Source: Planctomycetota bacterium
GTDB lineage: Bacteria > Planctomycetota > PLA2 > JAEUHO01
Direction: 5' to 3'
DNA length: 64,000 nucleotides
NCBI GenBank assembly: GCA_965223505.1
Contig: CBDCWP010000044.1
Coordinates: 249,292-313,291 of the forward strand
The position numbers and the translations under genes are program-made. Under the pieces are notes generated by a model. It was not told where the DNA came from. It was given only the letters and a program-made list of their open reading frames with translations, and did no database searches. Of the stretch, positions 1 to 10,153 are shown one piece after another. Each line of letters begins with the position of its first letter. The first letter of the stretch is position 1.

Positions 1-438
1 CACGACGATGATGCCCGCCGCCATGAGCTGGATGGGGGCGGCGCCCCACTCGGCCGGCCAGAACGGAGCGACCGACTCCGCCAGGCCGAACGCGTACAGC
101 GTGAGGCTCAGGGTGCGGCACAGGAAGAGCGGAATCCCGATCGCCCCGCCCAGCTCCTTGCCGAGGCTCCGCGAGACCATGTAGTACTCACCGCCGACCC
201 CGACCTTCATGTTGGTGGAGATGGCGGACGCGCTCAGACCGGTGATCAGCGTGATGCCGCTCGCGAGCAGCACCGTCAACAGCGCGAGCGGCAACCCCAG
301 ATTGCCGAGCACCCACCCGAAGCGCAGGTACATCATCACGCCGAGAATCGTCAGGATGCTCGGCGTGTAGACGCCGAGGAAGGTCCCGAACTTGGTCGCA
401 GGTTGGACCGGCACCCCGGCTGTCGTGCGGCTCGTCAC
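1..438 (-). CDS. Amino acid permease / SLC12-like cation-chloride cotransporter, N-terminal part (runs off the window's left edge)
   Basis: Manual translation: KFGTFLGVYTPSILTILGVMMYLRFGWVLG...STNMKVGVGGEYYMVSRSLGKELGGAIG, the SLC12/APC signature; GTG start at 438 assumed. Confidence 0.88.
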   Translation of the reverse strand, partial: MTSRTTAGVPVQPATKFGTFLGVYTPSILTILGVMMYLRFGWVLGNLGLPLALLTVLLASGITLITGLSASAISTNMKVGVGGEYYMVSRSLGKELGGAIGIPLFLCRTLSLTLYAFGLAESVAPFWPAEWGAAPIQLMAAGIIVV

Positions 439-583
439 GGGAGCGAAGACTACAGCCCCACTACCACGCGCCGCTACGATCGGTTTTCCGCGCGCAGCGG
501 CCCGGCGCGCGGGTCGCCGGGCGGTGGGGGCGCCGCGCAGCGCCGCTGACGGTAGACTCTCGCTCCGACTTCAGGAGCCCTCG

Positions 584-2233
584 ATGTCGCTCAAGCCTCG
601 TCACCTCAAGCGCTACAAGGACCTCTTCGTTCTGTTCCTGAAGCACCGCAAGCAGATGGCGGTCGAGGCGATGGCGAAGACGCCCGCCTTCATCAACGAC
701 GCCGTCGACAGCTCGAAGATCCCGGACGGCAAGCCCGAGGAGCTGGCCGCCGACCTCGAGCGGATGGGGCCGACGTTCATCAAGCTCGGCCAGGTGCTCT
801 CGACGCGCGCCGACCTGATGCCGAAACCGTATCTCGACGCGCTCGCCCGGCTCCAGGACGACGTCAAGCCGTTCGCGCTGGAGGACGTCTCGGCGATCGT
901 CGAGGAGGAGCTCGGGATCGGCGTCGACGACGCCTTTTCGTCGTTCGATCCGGAGCCGTTGGCCGCGGCGTCCCTGGCGCAGGTCCACCGCGCCACGCTC
1001 GCCAACGGACGCGACGTGATCGTCAAGGTGCAACGCCCCAACATCGTGCAGACGATCATGGACGATCTCGATGCGCTCGACGACCTGACCAAGTTCATCG
1101 ATCGCCACACCGACGTGGGCCGGCGCTATTCGTTCAACGACATGTTCGAGGAGTTCCGCGTCAATCTGCTCGCCGAGCTCGACTACCGCCAGGAGGCGCG
1201 CAACCTCGAGCGCATGAGCGAGATCCTCTCGGGGTACGCGCGCATCACCCTGCCGTCGTCGGTGCCCGAGTGCACTACGCGCCGCATCTTGACGATGGAC
1301 TTCGTCGAAGGCCGGCCGATCGACGACGTCGGCAAGTTCGGGCGGACGGAGATCGACGGACGCGGGTTGGCGGAAGATCTGGCCGAGGCGTACCTCGATC
1401 AGATTCTCGTCGAGGGGTTCTTCCACGCCGATCCGCATCCGGGCAACGTCCTGCTCACGCCCGACAGCAAGATCGCGTTGCTCGACCTGGGCATGGTCGT
1501 GCGCGTCGAGCCCGACTTGCGCTACCAGCTGGTTCGCCTGCTGATGTCGCTCGGCGACGGCCGCGGCAACGACGTGGCGCGCATCCTGGCGGACCTGGGC
1601 ACGCGCCTCGAAGACTTCGACGAGCAGGACTACACGCGCACGATCTCCAACCTGGTCGTGCGTTACAGCAACGTGGTGGTCTCGGAGGCCAATCCGGGCC
1701 GCATGCTGATGGACATCGCCCAGGCCGCCGCGCAGACCGGGCTGCGGCCGCCCGCGAGCCTCGTCATGCTCGGCCGGACCATGGCCCATCTGGCGGACGT
1801 CACGGAGGCGCTCGATCCCAAGTTCAATCCGAACGCCCTCATGCGCCGCCGCGCGCAGAAGCTGATCCGCCAGCACATGACGCAGCGCCTGTCGCCGGCG
1901 GAGATCTTCAACACCTTCCTGGAGTCCGGTGACCTGGTCCAGCGCCTGCCAGAGCGGCTCAATCGGATTCTCGAGACCGCCTCGAACAACGACTTCAGGA
2001 TCAAGCTCGGCATGGCCGACGGCAACGCGGCGACCAGCTTCCGTCGTACGGCCAACCGCATGATCCTCGGCATCTTGCTGGCGGCGCTCCTGATCGCGGC
2101 GGGGCTGTTCAGCGGCTCGGACTCCGAGGCTCGCATCTGGGGCTACCCGGCGATCTCGATGCTGCTCATCATGGCGGCCGTCGGGCTGGGGATCTTCCTC
2201 CTGCTCGGGCGCCTCCTCGGCCGGGATCAGTAG
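584..2233 (+). CDS. ABC1/AarF/UbiB family atypical kinase with C-terminal TM helices
   Basis: GPTFIKLGQVLSTRADL, AAASLAQVH, VKVQRP, FFHADPHPGN, LLDLGMV; AGGAG RBS before ATG 584. Confidence 0.93.
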   Translation: MSLKPRHLKRYKDLFVLFLKHRKQMAVEAMAKTPAFINDAVDSSKIPDGKPEELAADLERMGPTFIKLGQVLSTRADLMPKPYLDALARLQDDVKPFALEDVSAIVEEELGIGVDDAFSSFDPEPLAAASLAQVHRATLANGRDVIVKVQRPNIVQTIMDDLDALDDLTKFIDRHTDVGRRYSFNDMFEEFRVNLLAELDYRQEARNLERMSEILSGYARITLPSSVPECTTRRILTMDFVEGRPIDDVGKFGRTEIDGRGLAEDLAEAYLDQILVEGFFHADPHPGNVLLTPDSKIALLDLGMVVRVEPDLRYQLVRLLMSLGDGRGNDVARILADLGTRLEDFDEQDYTRTISNLVVRYSNVVVSEANPGRMLMDIAQAAAQTGLRPPASLVMLGRTMAHLADVTEALDPKFNPNALMRRRAQKLIRQHMTQRLSPAEIFNTFLESGDLVQRLPERLNRILETASNNDFRIKLGMADGNAATSFRRTANRMILGILLAALLIAAGLFSGSDSEARIWGYPAISMLLIMAAVGLGIFLLLGRLLGRDQ

Positions 2234-2324
2234 CTCACGGCGTCGGTTCGGCGGTCGAGGGTCGAGAGTCCCGCTCGCGCCGCGTACGAGTCGATATTCT
2301 TGAAACGATATCGCCCCCGGTGTC

Positions 2325-4979
2325 GTGGAAGAGTTGATGAGCCGATCGAGCGACCCCGTCGAAGTCGAGAGCCTGCTGTCGCATCGCCGCTGGATTCGTG
2401 GTCTGGCTCGATCGCTGCTTCGCGACGAGAACCTCGTCGACGACGTCGAACAGGAAACCTGGATGACGGCGATGCGCAGCCGGCCCGCTCAGGGCCCGCG
2501 CATCCGCGGGTGGCTTCGCCGGGTCGTACGCAGCCGCGCGATCGACCTGCGTCGGGCCCAAGCGCGACGCGAGTTGCGGGAGGAAGCCGTAGCCGCCCAG
2601 CGGCCTGCAGCCGCCGCGGCGCATCTCGTCGATCAGGCGGACATGCAACGCGCCGTCGCGCAGTCGGTGGGTGACTTGTCCGAGCCGTACCGCTCGACGG
2701 TTCTCTTGCGCTACTTCGAGGAACTCTCGCCGCGGGAGATCGCCGATCGACTCGACGTTCCCCAGGCGACCGTTCGAACGCGACTGCATCGAGCCCACGA
2801 GATGTTGCGCGTTCGGCTCGAATCCGAGTTCGGCGGCGGGCGCCGGGACTGGCGCGGCTCGCTCGCTCTGCTCGCCGTTCCGCCGTCGCGTTGGGCGACG
2901 CCCGCGGCAGCGGGGCTCTCTACGGGAGGGATCGTGATGACGTTCGTCCAGAAGTGTGTCGTGGTGGGGGCGCTGCTGCTGATCGGCGCGGCGCTCATCG
3001 GCTACGGCATCCATGAGTGGGACTTCGCGGAGGACAGCCACGATCTCGGCGAGGCGGATCGTGGTGGCGGCGCCGACGACCTGGATCCGGACGGTGCGGC
3101 GGCCCTGGAAGGCCGCAGCGACGGCGGCGAGCTGTCGGCCGGCGACGCCGGGGGCGACAACGCCGACCGCGGATCCCCCGCCACGGAACCCGCGCAGCGC
3201 ACCCCGGCGACGCATCTGCTTCGCGGCAGCGTTCGCGGCGTCGAGAAGAACGCAGTGGCCGAAACGAAGGTCGCGGTGTTCGTCCTTCGAGAGTACGGCT
3301 GGGTCGACACCGACATCGAGCCGTTCCGGGGTGAGGTGCGCGCGGACGGCAGCTACGAGGTGGACCTGTCCGGCGTGTTTCAGATGGAGAGCGTTCCGAA
3401 CAACCTCCGCGTTCGATTCGATCACCCCGACTACGTCGTGGCGAAGCCGACGCTCCTGACGAGCAGCGGCCGAACGAAGACCGGACGTCCTACGGAGTTT
3501 CGCGTCGATGTGACCCTGAAGCGCGCGACCGTGGTCGCGGGGCGCGTATTGCGGCCGGACGGCAATCCTGTCGTCGGCGGCACCGTCGCCCTGCTCGTGC
3601 GTCATGACGGGCGCTTCCGCTTGAACGACGTGCAGGAGCCGAAGGCCGCCGAGAAGTCGAAGACCGAAGCGGACGGTACGTTCCGTTTGCGAACGGACCG
3701 AACCGGCGAGTACGTGCTCGCGGCGCTCACGCAGGACCTCTTGCCGGCGAGCCGGATCATGGCGGTCGAGCACGGTGTCGCGCCGGACCCGGTCGAGATC
3801 GTCATGCAGGCGGGGCTCTCCATTCGCGGTCGTGTCATCGTCAACGGCAGGCCGGTCGCGGACGCGCAGGTCGAGGCCTACGCGCCCGACCCGGCGTTCG
3901 AGTTTCAGATCGACCACCACGACCTCGTATGGCGAGACGAGCGTCTCGTGCCGGGTGATCAGAAGGCGACGACCGACGCAACGGGCGCCTACGAGATCAA
4001 GGCGCTCGACGAGCCGTTGCGCCGGACGAAGGTCTCCAGGGTGAAAGGTCTCCCGATCTGGTATCCGTTGCTCGAGGCCAGCAAGCGCGTCGTCCAGCCC
4101 GGATCGGACGGCGTCGACTTCGAGATCGAAGGCGCGCACGTCGAGGTGCGCGTGCAATCCGGCGAGCAACGGCTCGAGGGCGCACGTGCCACCGTTCTCT
4201 CGCCCGGGAAGGAGCACGGCGATGCGTATCAACAGTCCGATGACGAAGGGCGTGTCCGCTTCATCCTGCCGCCGGATGCGGCGTTGAGGCTCTCGGTCTC
4301 TCACGAGGGCTACAAGACGGTCGAGCGCGAGTTCCGCACGCTGGGCGTTCGTACCCAGAGCGAGGAGATCGTGGATCTCGGTCCCTCGCTCTCCGGCACG
4401 CTCGTGCTGACGTTGCGTGATCCCAAGGGCAAGCCGATTCGCAATGCGGAGATCCGCGTTACGAAAGAAGATGACGGGTTCGGATTCGGTTTCAACGATC
4501 CCATGACGAGCGAGATCGGCGTATACCGCCTCGAGCATCTCGAGGTGGGGGAGTCCCTGCTGCTTGTGCGGCCGGGCCGGAAAGCGGGCCTGGAGTTTAC
4601 GAGCCACTTCCTGCCGATCCGCGAGCGGATCCAGCTCGACCTGGGCAAGGAGACGATGCTCAGTCTCACTGCCGAGCTCGGCGGGCGGTTGCGCGTGACC
4701 GTACGCGACGAAGCGGGACAGCTGATCGGCGCGAGCGCGACGCTGCGCGACGAGCGGGGGCAGAAGCGCCGCGTGATGTACGTGACGCAGGGCGAGGGGT
4801 TCGCGACGATGTCGTCGGGCGGGCCGGGTACGGCGAGTGTCAGTCGGGTCGAACCGGCGCTCGAGCCGGGCGAGTACCACATGGAGCTGTCGGCGAACGA
4901 CCGCGAGACGAAGCGCGTGAGCGTGACCGTGCGCGCCGGCGAGACCCACGACATCGAGGTCACGCTGCGCAAGCTGTAG
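2325..4979 (+). CDS. ECF sigma-70 factor fused to a TM helix and carboxypeptidase-regulatory-like (beta-sandwich) repeats
   Basis: Region 2 (DDVEQETW..GWLRRVVRSRAIDLRR) and region 4 (LRYFEELSPREIADRLDVPQATVRTRLHRA); hydrophobic segment VVVGALLLIGAALIGYGI; repeated GRV..PDGNPV / DG.F.L motifs. Confidence 0.88.
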   Translation: MEELMSRSSDPVEVESLLSHRRWIRGLARSLLRDENLVDDVEQETWMTAMRSRPAQGPRIRGWLRRVVRSRAIDLRRAQARRELREEAVAAQRPAAAAAHLVDQADMQRAVAQSVGDLSEPYRSTVLLRYFEELSPREIADRLDVPQATVRTRLHRAHEMLRVRLESEFGGGRRDWRGSLALLAVPPSRWATPAAAGLSTGGIVMTFVQKCVVVGALLLIGAALIGYGIHEWDFAEDSHDLGEADRGGGADDLDPDGAAALEGRSDGGELSAGDAGGDNADRGSPATEPAQRTPATHLLRGSVRGVEKNAVAETKVAVFVLREYGWVDTDIEPFRGEVRADGSYEVDLSGVFQMESVPNNLRVRFDHPDYVVAKPTLLTSSGRTKTGRPTEFRVDVTLKRATVVAGRVLRPDGNPVVGGTVALLVRHDGRFRLNDVQEPKAAEKSKTEADGTFRLRTDRTGEYVLAALTQDLLPASRIMAVEHGVAPDPVEIVMQAGLSIRGRVIVNGRPVADAQVEAYAPDPAFEFQIDHHDLVWRDERLVPGDQKATTDATGAYEIKALDEPLRRTKVSRVKGLPIWYPLLEASKRVVQPGSDGVDFEIEGAHVEVRVQSGEQRLEGARATVLSPGKEHGDAYQQSDDEGRVRFILPPDAALRLSVSHEGYKTVEREFRTLGVRTQSEEIVDLGPSLSGTLVLTLRDPKGKPIRNAEIRVTKEDDGFGFGFNDPMTSEIGVYRLEHLEVGESLLLVRPGRKAGLEFTSHFLPIRERIQLDLGKETMLSLTAELGGRLRVTVRDEAGQLIGASATLRDERGQKRRVMYVTQGEGFATMSSGGPGTASVSRVEPALEPGEYHMELSANDRETKRVSVTVRAGETHDIEVTLRKL

Positions 4980-5127
4980 ACCAGCGACCGATCCGCCGAA
5001 GTCGATCTGTCCGACCGCGCGGCGGGCTTTCACACCCGGGACCTACGCCCACCGAATCACATGGCGTCGCAGGGTGCCGGCGCGTTCGTACATGCGGGCG
5101 ACGGCGGTAGGGGGGCGGAGCCAGCGA

Positions 5128-6843
5128 ATGCGCGTTCGGCGGAGTCTCACTGCGGCGTTCTTGCCGCTGCTCGTGTTCGCCTTCGCGCCCCGGTCCGTCG
5201 CTGCGGACGACGCCAAACGTCAGATGCGTGCCTTCGAGCAGGCGCTTGCTTCCCATGACTGCGTGCAATGGGATCGCTCGCTTTCCGCGCTGTCCCGAAT
5301 GGACCACCCTGCTGCCGTGTTGATGCTCGCGCGGTTCTACGTGGAGCAGGAACGCTACGAAGGCGAGTGGACGAGCTTGCACACGCGGTCGGCCGCGCGC
5401 GTGCGCAGTGCCGACCCGCTGCGCGCCTACGCCGCGCGGCTGTCGAGTCACGGCAACGTTCGATCGTTGCGCGTCATGGTGGACGCGCTCGACGACGAGG
5501 ACGGCATCGAGGTCGAGCTCTTCACCGAGGCGCTGCGCGGCAATCCGGCGCTTCACCTCGTCGACGATCCGCTGCGCCAGGGGCTTCAGGTCTCGTTGCG
5601 CAAGGGCAAGGACGAGATCGCGCGGCGCTACCTGGCGTTGTTGTGGGGCCGGCTGCACGCCGGGGACGTAGCGTGGGTCGAGGCGCTGGTTGCGAATCCT
5701 CGCGTCGACGAGGTGCTGCGTCTCGAGCTTCTGGAGACGTTTCCGTTCCACGACCTCTGGCGGCGCTTGCTAGCCCATGCCGACGAGGACCCGGTGCTCG
5801 ACACCGCGGCGTTCGTCGCGGTGATCGCCGAGCAGCTGGAGCTGCCGCTGTCGAGCGCGAGAGCGGCGCGGTCCGCCCTGGAGCGCGTCCGCTCCGATGC
5901 CGATCAAGTCGAGCAGGTGCTCGCCGAGAACGAGAAGCTCGACGAGGCGATCGGCGGCGTGTCGCGCCCACGGGCACGGGCCGCGCTGCACGAGCTCGTC
6001 CAGCGCGAATGGAAGGCGCTTTTCGAAGAGCCCGCGATGGAGGCGCTTGCGTCGTTGCACGCTTCGTTCGTGACGATCCGTTACGCGCGTTCGTTCCGAC
6101 GGGATCGCTACTTCTTCCAGAAGGAACAGCGGCAGCGCTTCGACAAGCGCATCGACGACGCGAAGATCGTCCAGCGATCGGGTTCGATCGATCTTACGCG
6201 ACCGCCGTTGGCGGGGCGCGTAACGAAGCTGGCCGTTCTCGAAGAACGACTCGACGCGCTCGCAAGCGACGTGCCGACGGTGCGCGTGGGAGCGCCGTAC
6301 CACCGCGAGCTACTGGCGCTGAACAGGCACGGTGCGTGCGACGTCGAGTCGATCGCGTTCACGCCCGCCGAGCGCGCGTGGCGAACGCGGCGCGACGAGG
6401 TGCTCGCCTACAACGCGGCCGCCCGAGGACCCACGCCCGCGGAACGCGAGAACGTGGCGTTGGTGAACGCGTATCGGCTTCAGTACGACCTGCTGCCGCT
6501 ACGCATCGACGCCGACCTGACGGTCAGCGCGCGCAAGCACTCCGCGTTCCAGCGCTCGATGGGCCAGATCGCGCACGAGTTTCCGGCCGGCCGGGAGCCC
6601 GAAGGCCGAACGGCCGTGCAGCGCATGGTGCGCGCCGGCTACCCGTTGCGGTATGCCGGAGGCGAGAACGTGCTGGTCGGCTCGAGTGACCCGGCGCGCG
6701 CGTTCCGCTGGTGGCAGGGGTCTCCGGGGCACCGCGCCAACATGCTGAGCCCCGCCTGGACCGAGATCGGTGCCGGTCGCAGCGGCAAGTACTGGACGCA
6801 GAACTTCGGTCGTGAGCCCTACGATCAGGACGATGACGAGTGA
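5128..6843 (+). CDS. Secreted protein with C-terminal CAP (SCP/Tpx-1) domain
   Basis: Signal peptide; LVNAYR..ARKHS..GENV..WWQGSPGHRANML..EIGAG..YWTQNFG. Confidence 0.88.
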   Translation: MRVRRSLTAAFLPLLVFAFAPRSVAADDAKRQMRAFEQALASHDCVQWDRSLSALSRMDHPAAVLMLARFYVEQERYEGEWTSLHTRSAARVRSADPLRAYAARLSSHGNVRSLRVMVDALDDEDGIEVELFTEALRGNPALHLVDDPLRQGLQVSLRKGKDEIARRYLALLWGRLHAGDVAWVEALVANPRVDEVLRLELLETFPFHDLWRRLLAHADEDPVLDTAAFVAVIAEQLELPLSSARAARSALERVRSDADQVEQVLAENEKLDEAIGGVSRPRARAALHELVQREWKALFEEPAMEALASLHASFVTIRYARSFRRDRYFFQKEQRQRFDKRIDDAKIVQRSGSIDLTRPPLAGRVTKLAVLEERLDALASDVPTVRVGAPYHRELLALNRHGACDVESIAFTPAERAWRTRRDEVLAYNAAARGPTPAERENVALVNAYRLQYDLLPLRIDADLTVSARKHSAFQRSMGQIAHEFPAGREPEGRTAVQRMVRAGYPLRYAGGENVLVGSSDPARAFRWWQGSPGHRANMLSPAWTEIGAGRSGKYWTQNFGREPYDQDDDE

Positions 6844-6907
6844 TCCAACCGAGCGGCTCTTGACGCGCAGCGGCTTCGCTTGGTGAGGTAGAGGACTCCG
6901 AAGAGGA

Positions 6908-8167
6908 GTGGCTGTGCGGAAAACGTGCCTCTGGCTGATGCTCTTGGTGCCGCTCGTTCCGGCCGGCTGCGGCAGCAGTGGTGGTGGTGGCGGCGGCGGC
7001 ATCACCGTGACCGGGCAGGTGACGAGCCGGAGCGGCGCGCCGCTTCGCTTCGCCCCCGTGGTGATCAACGGCGTGCTGTACGTGACGGACTTCGACGGCA
7101 CGTTCACGGCGCCCGGCGTAAGCGTGCCCTACACCGCGGTGCTCGTGGACACCGGCGCGACCGCGTCGCCGCAGGCCACCGTCTACCAGGGACTCACGCG
7201 GGCGGATCCGATCCTGACGATGTTCTTCGAGGACAGTGGGTTCACGGGCGGGTTCCTGGGCAGCCTCACGGGCGGCGTCGGGTATCCGCTGCCACCGAAC
7301 CACGAGACGCGCGTGCGTGTGGTCGGGTCCGGCAATCTGGACACCCTCGGCCTCGTCAACGAGGCCAGCGGGAGCTACAGCGACTTCGGGCCGGGCGCGG
7401 CAACCTGGTCGGGAAGCGGCATGGTGCCCGCGCTTGTCCTGGCGTTTCAGCACGACACGCTCAACGACACGTATCCCTTCTTCGGATTTACCGCAGGCAT
7501 CCTGAATGCGGGCGCGGATGTCTTCATCCCGCAGATCGCGATGATCCCCACCACGGCGACCGAAGTGAAGTCCGGAACGATCACGTTTCCGGCCGGCTAC
7601 GGCTTCGCGGAGCTGTCGACGAGCGTGATCATCACGCCCGCGTTGATCGCCCCGATTCGGTTCCTCACCTCCGACCCGGGCATCAACTTCACGACACGCG
7701 TACCGGTGTTCGGCACGGCGACGTACGAGCTGGTCGTGACAGGCACCCACGCGAACGGAACCACGACGCGCGCGCGCATGGAGGTGCCGCAGGGCGCGTT
7801 CGGCATCGCTCTCGACCCTCAGCCGGCGAACAGTCTCATCGCGCCGGCGAACGGCGCGGCGAACGTGGATCACTCGACGGTCTTCAGCTGCACGCCGTCG
7901 TCGCTCGGTGTGCACAAGTTCCTGTTTTTCGGCGTTGACAGCCGCATCGCCGTCTTCACCACCGCGACGCAGGTGACGGTCCCGGATCTCTCCGAGTACG
8001 GCGTGCGGCTCGAACCGGGAGCGGCCTACAACTGGCGGGTCGTCGGCCACGGACCGTTCGCGTCGGTCGACGCGCACTGTGGCGTGGCAGGTTCGTACCC
8101 GACGGGGATCGGGGTGATCGGTTACGAGACGCTGTCCGACTTCCGGGTGTTCACCACGGCGCCGTAG
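6908..8167 (+). CDS. Lipoprotein, beta-rich, unknown function
   Basis: Lipobox PAGC followed by a Gly/Ser linker; GAGGAG RBS. Confidence 0.75.
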   Translation: MAVRKTCLWLMLLVPLVPAGCGSSGGGGGGGITVTGQVTSRSGAPLRFAPVVINGVLYVTDFDGTFTAPGVSVPYTAVLVDTGATASPQATVYQGLTRADPILTMFFEDSGFTGGFLGSLTGGVGYPLPPNHETRVRVVGSGNLDTLGLVNEASGSYSDFGPGAATWSGSGMVPALVLAFQHDTLNDTYPFFGFTAGILNAGADVFIPQIAMIPTTATEVKSGTITFPAGYGFAELSTSVIITPALIAPIRFLTSDPGINFTTRVPVFGTATYELVVTGTHANGTTTRARMEVPQGAFGIALDPQPANSLIAPANGAANVDHSTVFSCTPSSLGVHKFLFFGVDSRIAVFTTATQVTVPDLSEYGVRLEPGAAYNWRVVGHGPFASVDAHCGVAGSYPTGIGVIGYETLSDFRVFTTAP

Positions 8168-8180
8168 TGCGTCGGCCGCG

Positions 8181-8678
8181 TCAATCGACGAGTTTCGTGA
8201 GCGCGCCGGTCGCTTCACCGTGGCTCCACCCGTCGAGCTTGGGAGGCGTCACGCCCAGGCGCCGGAGCATGAACGACGCTTGTCGGCGGTGGTCGTTGGC
8301 GTGGTTGAGGACCTGCACCAGCACGACCCAGCGCTTGAAGGCGTAGCCGTCGGACGCTCGAATCTCCCGCTCCATCTCATGCTCCGAGTCGTCGACGAGG
8401 GCCAGCAGGCCGTCGCCGCTCTCTTTCGCCGAGGTTTGCAGCTCCTCGTACGCAGCGGGCTCGAACCGCTCTCCGTCGGGTTGGTGCAAGAGGCACAGAT
8501 AGTCCTTCTGGCAGTTCACGAGGTGGATCAGTGTTTCTCGTAGGGACCACGCGTCCGGGTCGTCGCGGGCGTCGAGCTGTTCGTCGGAGAGGCTCGCGCA
8601 CGCTTCGAGCAGCGTGGCATTGGCCCAGTTGTTGTGTTCGAGCAGCTTGACGAGCGCGAATGCAGACATGGAGTTCAC
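8181..8678 (-). CDS. DinB/DUF664 family protein
   Basis: HNNWAN..SLRETLIHL..QVLNHANDHRRQ His pattern. Confidence 0.85.
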   Translation of the reverse strand: MNSMSAFALVKLLEHNNWANATLLEACASLSDEQLDARDDPDAWSLRETLIHLVNCQKDYLCLLHQPDGERFEPAAYEELQTSAKESGDGLLALVDDSEHEMEREIRASDGYAFKRWVVLVQVLNHANDHRRQASFMLRRLGVTPPKLDGWSHGEATGALTKLVD

Positions 8679-8727
8679 CTCGTGGGAACGATCCTACCGA
8701 TTCGGAAACGAGCAGTCGATTCCGACT

Positions 8728-9570
8728 TCAGCCCAGCTCGAAGGTCGTGACGCCGAACACGCGCCCGAGATCGATGTCGGGTTCGCCGCCGGTGTACATC
8801 CGCGCCGTCTCGAAGACCGGCTGCATGTCGTTCGTCTCGGCCAGACTCACCGCGGCCGCGTTCGGAAGGGGAACGTCGAGGAAAAGCGGTTCGCCCGGAA
8901 CGGCGGCGCGCAGCGCCGCGAAGAGCTTCGCCGCGGTGCCGGCGTCGTCGGCGAACAGCGGGCCGACCTTGTGACCGGTCCGGCAACGTCGAAGGACCGC
9001 GTAGCCGCGCAACCCCGCGCTCCCGGACACGGCGTAGCCGACGCTCTCGGGTAGCGCCACCCAATGCTCGAGGAACGCGTCGCGAGGGGCAGGAAAACAG
9101 GCGCGGTCGTAGTCGGTGATCTGTTCGAACGGCACGTTCTCGAGCGGCGTCACGCCGTTCGGCATGCGACCGCCGCCGGCGCCCTCGTAGCGCTGGTTAC
9201 CGTAGGCGTAGCGAAAGCCCGAGCGTTCGTAGTTCGCCTGCTGGTCGACGACGCCGTCGAGGCCGACGTTGCGCGAGCCCAGGTACGCCATGCCGGCCTG
9301 CCAGATGGTCAGCCCGAAGCCCTGGCCGCGATGGTTCGGATGAACGATGTAGAAGCCGAGGAATCCGAACGCGTCGCCGTAGGTGACGACGGAGATGCAA
9401 GCGACGGGCTCCTCGTCGAGCGTGCCGACCAGGAAGCCGCTCGGGTCGGCCGCGTAGAACGCGTCGGCGTCGTGCAACCCCGGGTTCCAGCCCTCGGCGG
9501 CGGCCCAGTCCACGGCGATGTCGAGCTCGTCGCGCGACATGGTCCGGACTTGGTCGAGCGTCGTCGTCAC
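8728..9570 (-). CDS. GNAT N-acetyltransferase with YitH-like C-terminal domain
   Basis: WAAAEGWNPG, HRGQGFG acetyl-CoA motif, KVGPLFAD, FETARMY. Confidence 0.9.
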   Translation of the reverse strand: MTTTLDQVRTMSRDELDIAVDWAAAEGWNPGLHDADAFYAADPSGFLVGTLDEEPVACISVVTYGDAFGFLGFYIVHPNHRGQGFGLTIWQAGMAYLGSRNVGLDGVVDQQANYERSGFRYAYGNQRYEGAGGGRMPNGVTPLENVPFEQITDYDRACFPAPRDAFLEHWVALPESVGYAVSGSAGLRGYAVLRRCRTGHKVGPLFADDAGTAAKLFAALRAAVPGEPLFLDVPLPNAAAVSLAETNDMQPVFETARMYTGGEPDIDLGRVFGVTTFELG

Positions 9571-9672
9571 CTGCGCAGCGTACCCCGCACCGTTGCGCGC
9601 ACGATCGCGTCATTCACGCCGCTTTTGTATGCTCCTGTCGTTGAAGACTGGCTTTGTTTGGGGAGTGAAGAG

Positions 9673-10132
9673 GTGAAACAGCGAGAATCTTGGCTTCCGG
9701 CCGCGCTCGTGGTGTACCTACTCCTTTTCGGCGTCGGCGCGGCGGTCTGTCTGGTCGTCAATTTCCCTGCGCAGAGGATCGTCGACAACCAGGCTCAGGT
9801 GGACTTCGGGAAGCAGATGCAGCTCTGGTGGTGGACGGGCAGGACGCGGAGCGCAAAGACAGCGGCGCTCTCTTCCGCGGCCCGTCGTGTCGAAGGTGGC
9901 TCCGAGCCCCGTCAACAAGACCGATACAGCGGTCGACGTCCTCGGGAAGGACTTCACGAAGGGAGCGGTCGTCGTGGCGGACAAGACGGAGTGCGGGACG
10001 ACGTTCGTGTCGGCGGAGAAGTTGACGGCGGCCATCCCTGCCAATCGGCCGACCGGCAAGGTGAAGCTGATCGTGAAGAACCCCGAAGGGCTCGAGAGAT
10101 TCTCGGAGCCCGTCGAAGTCGACTTTGCCTAG
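9673..10132 (+). pseudogene. Membrane-anchored IPT/TIG-domain protein, apparently frameshifted near 9,880
   Basis: Frame 1 MKQRESWLPAALVVYLLLFGVG (TM); another frame continues VSKVAPS..VLGKDFTKGAVV..TFVSAEKLTAAIP..VKNPEG (IPT/TIG-like). Confidence 0.55.
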
Positions 10133-10153
10133 GAGGTATCGCAGTGCGTACGA

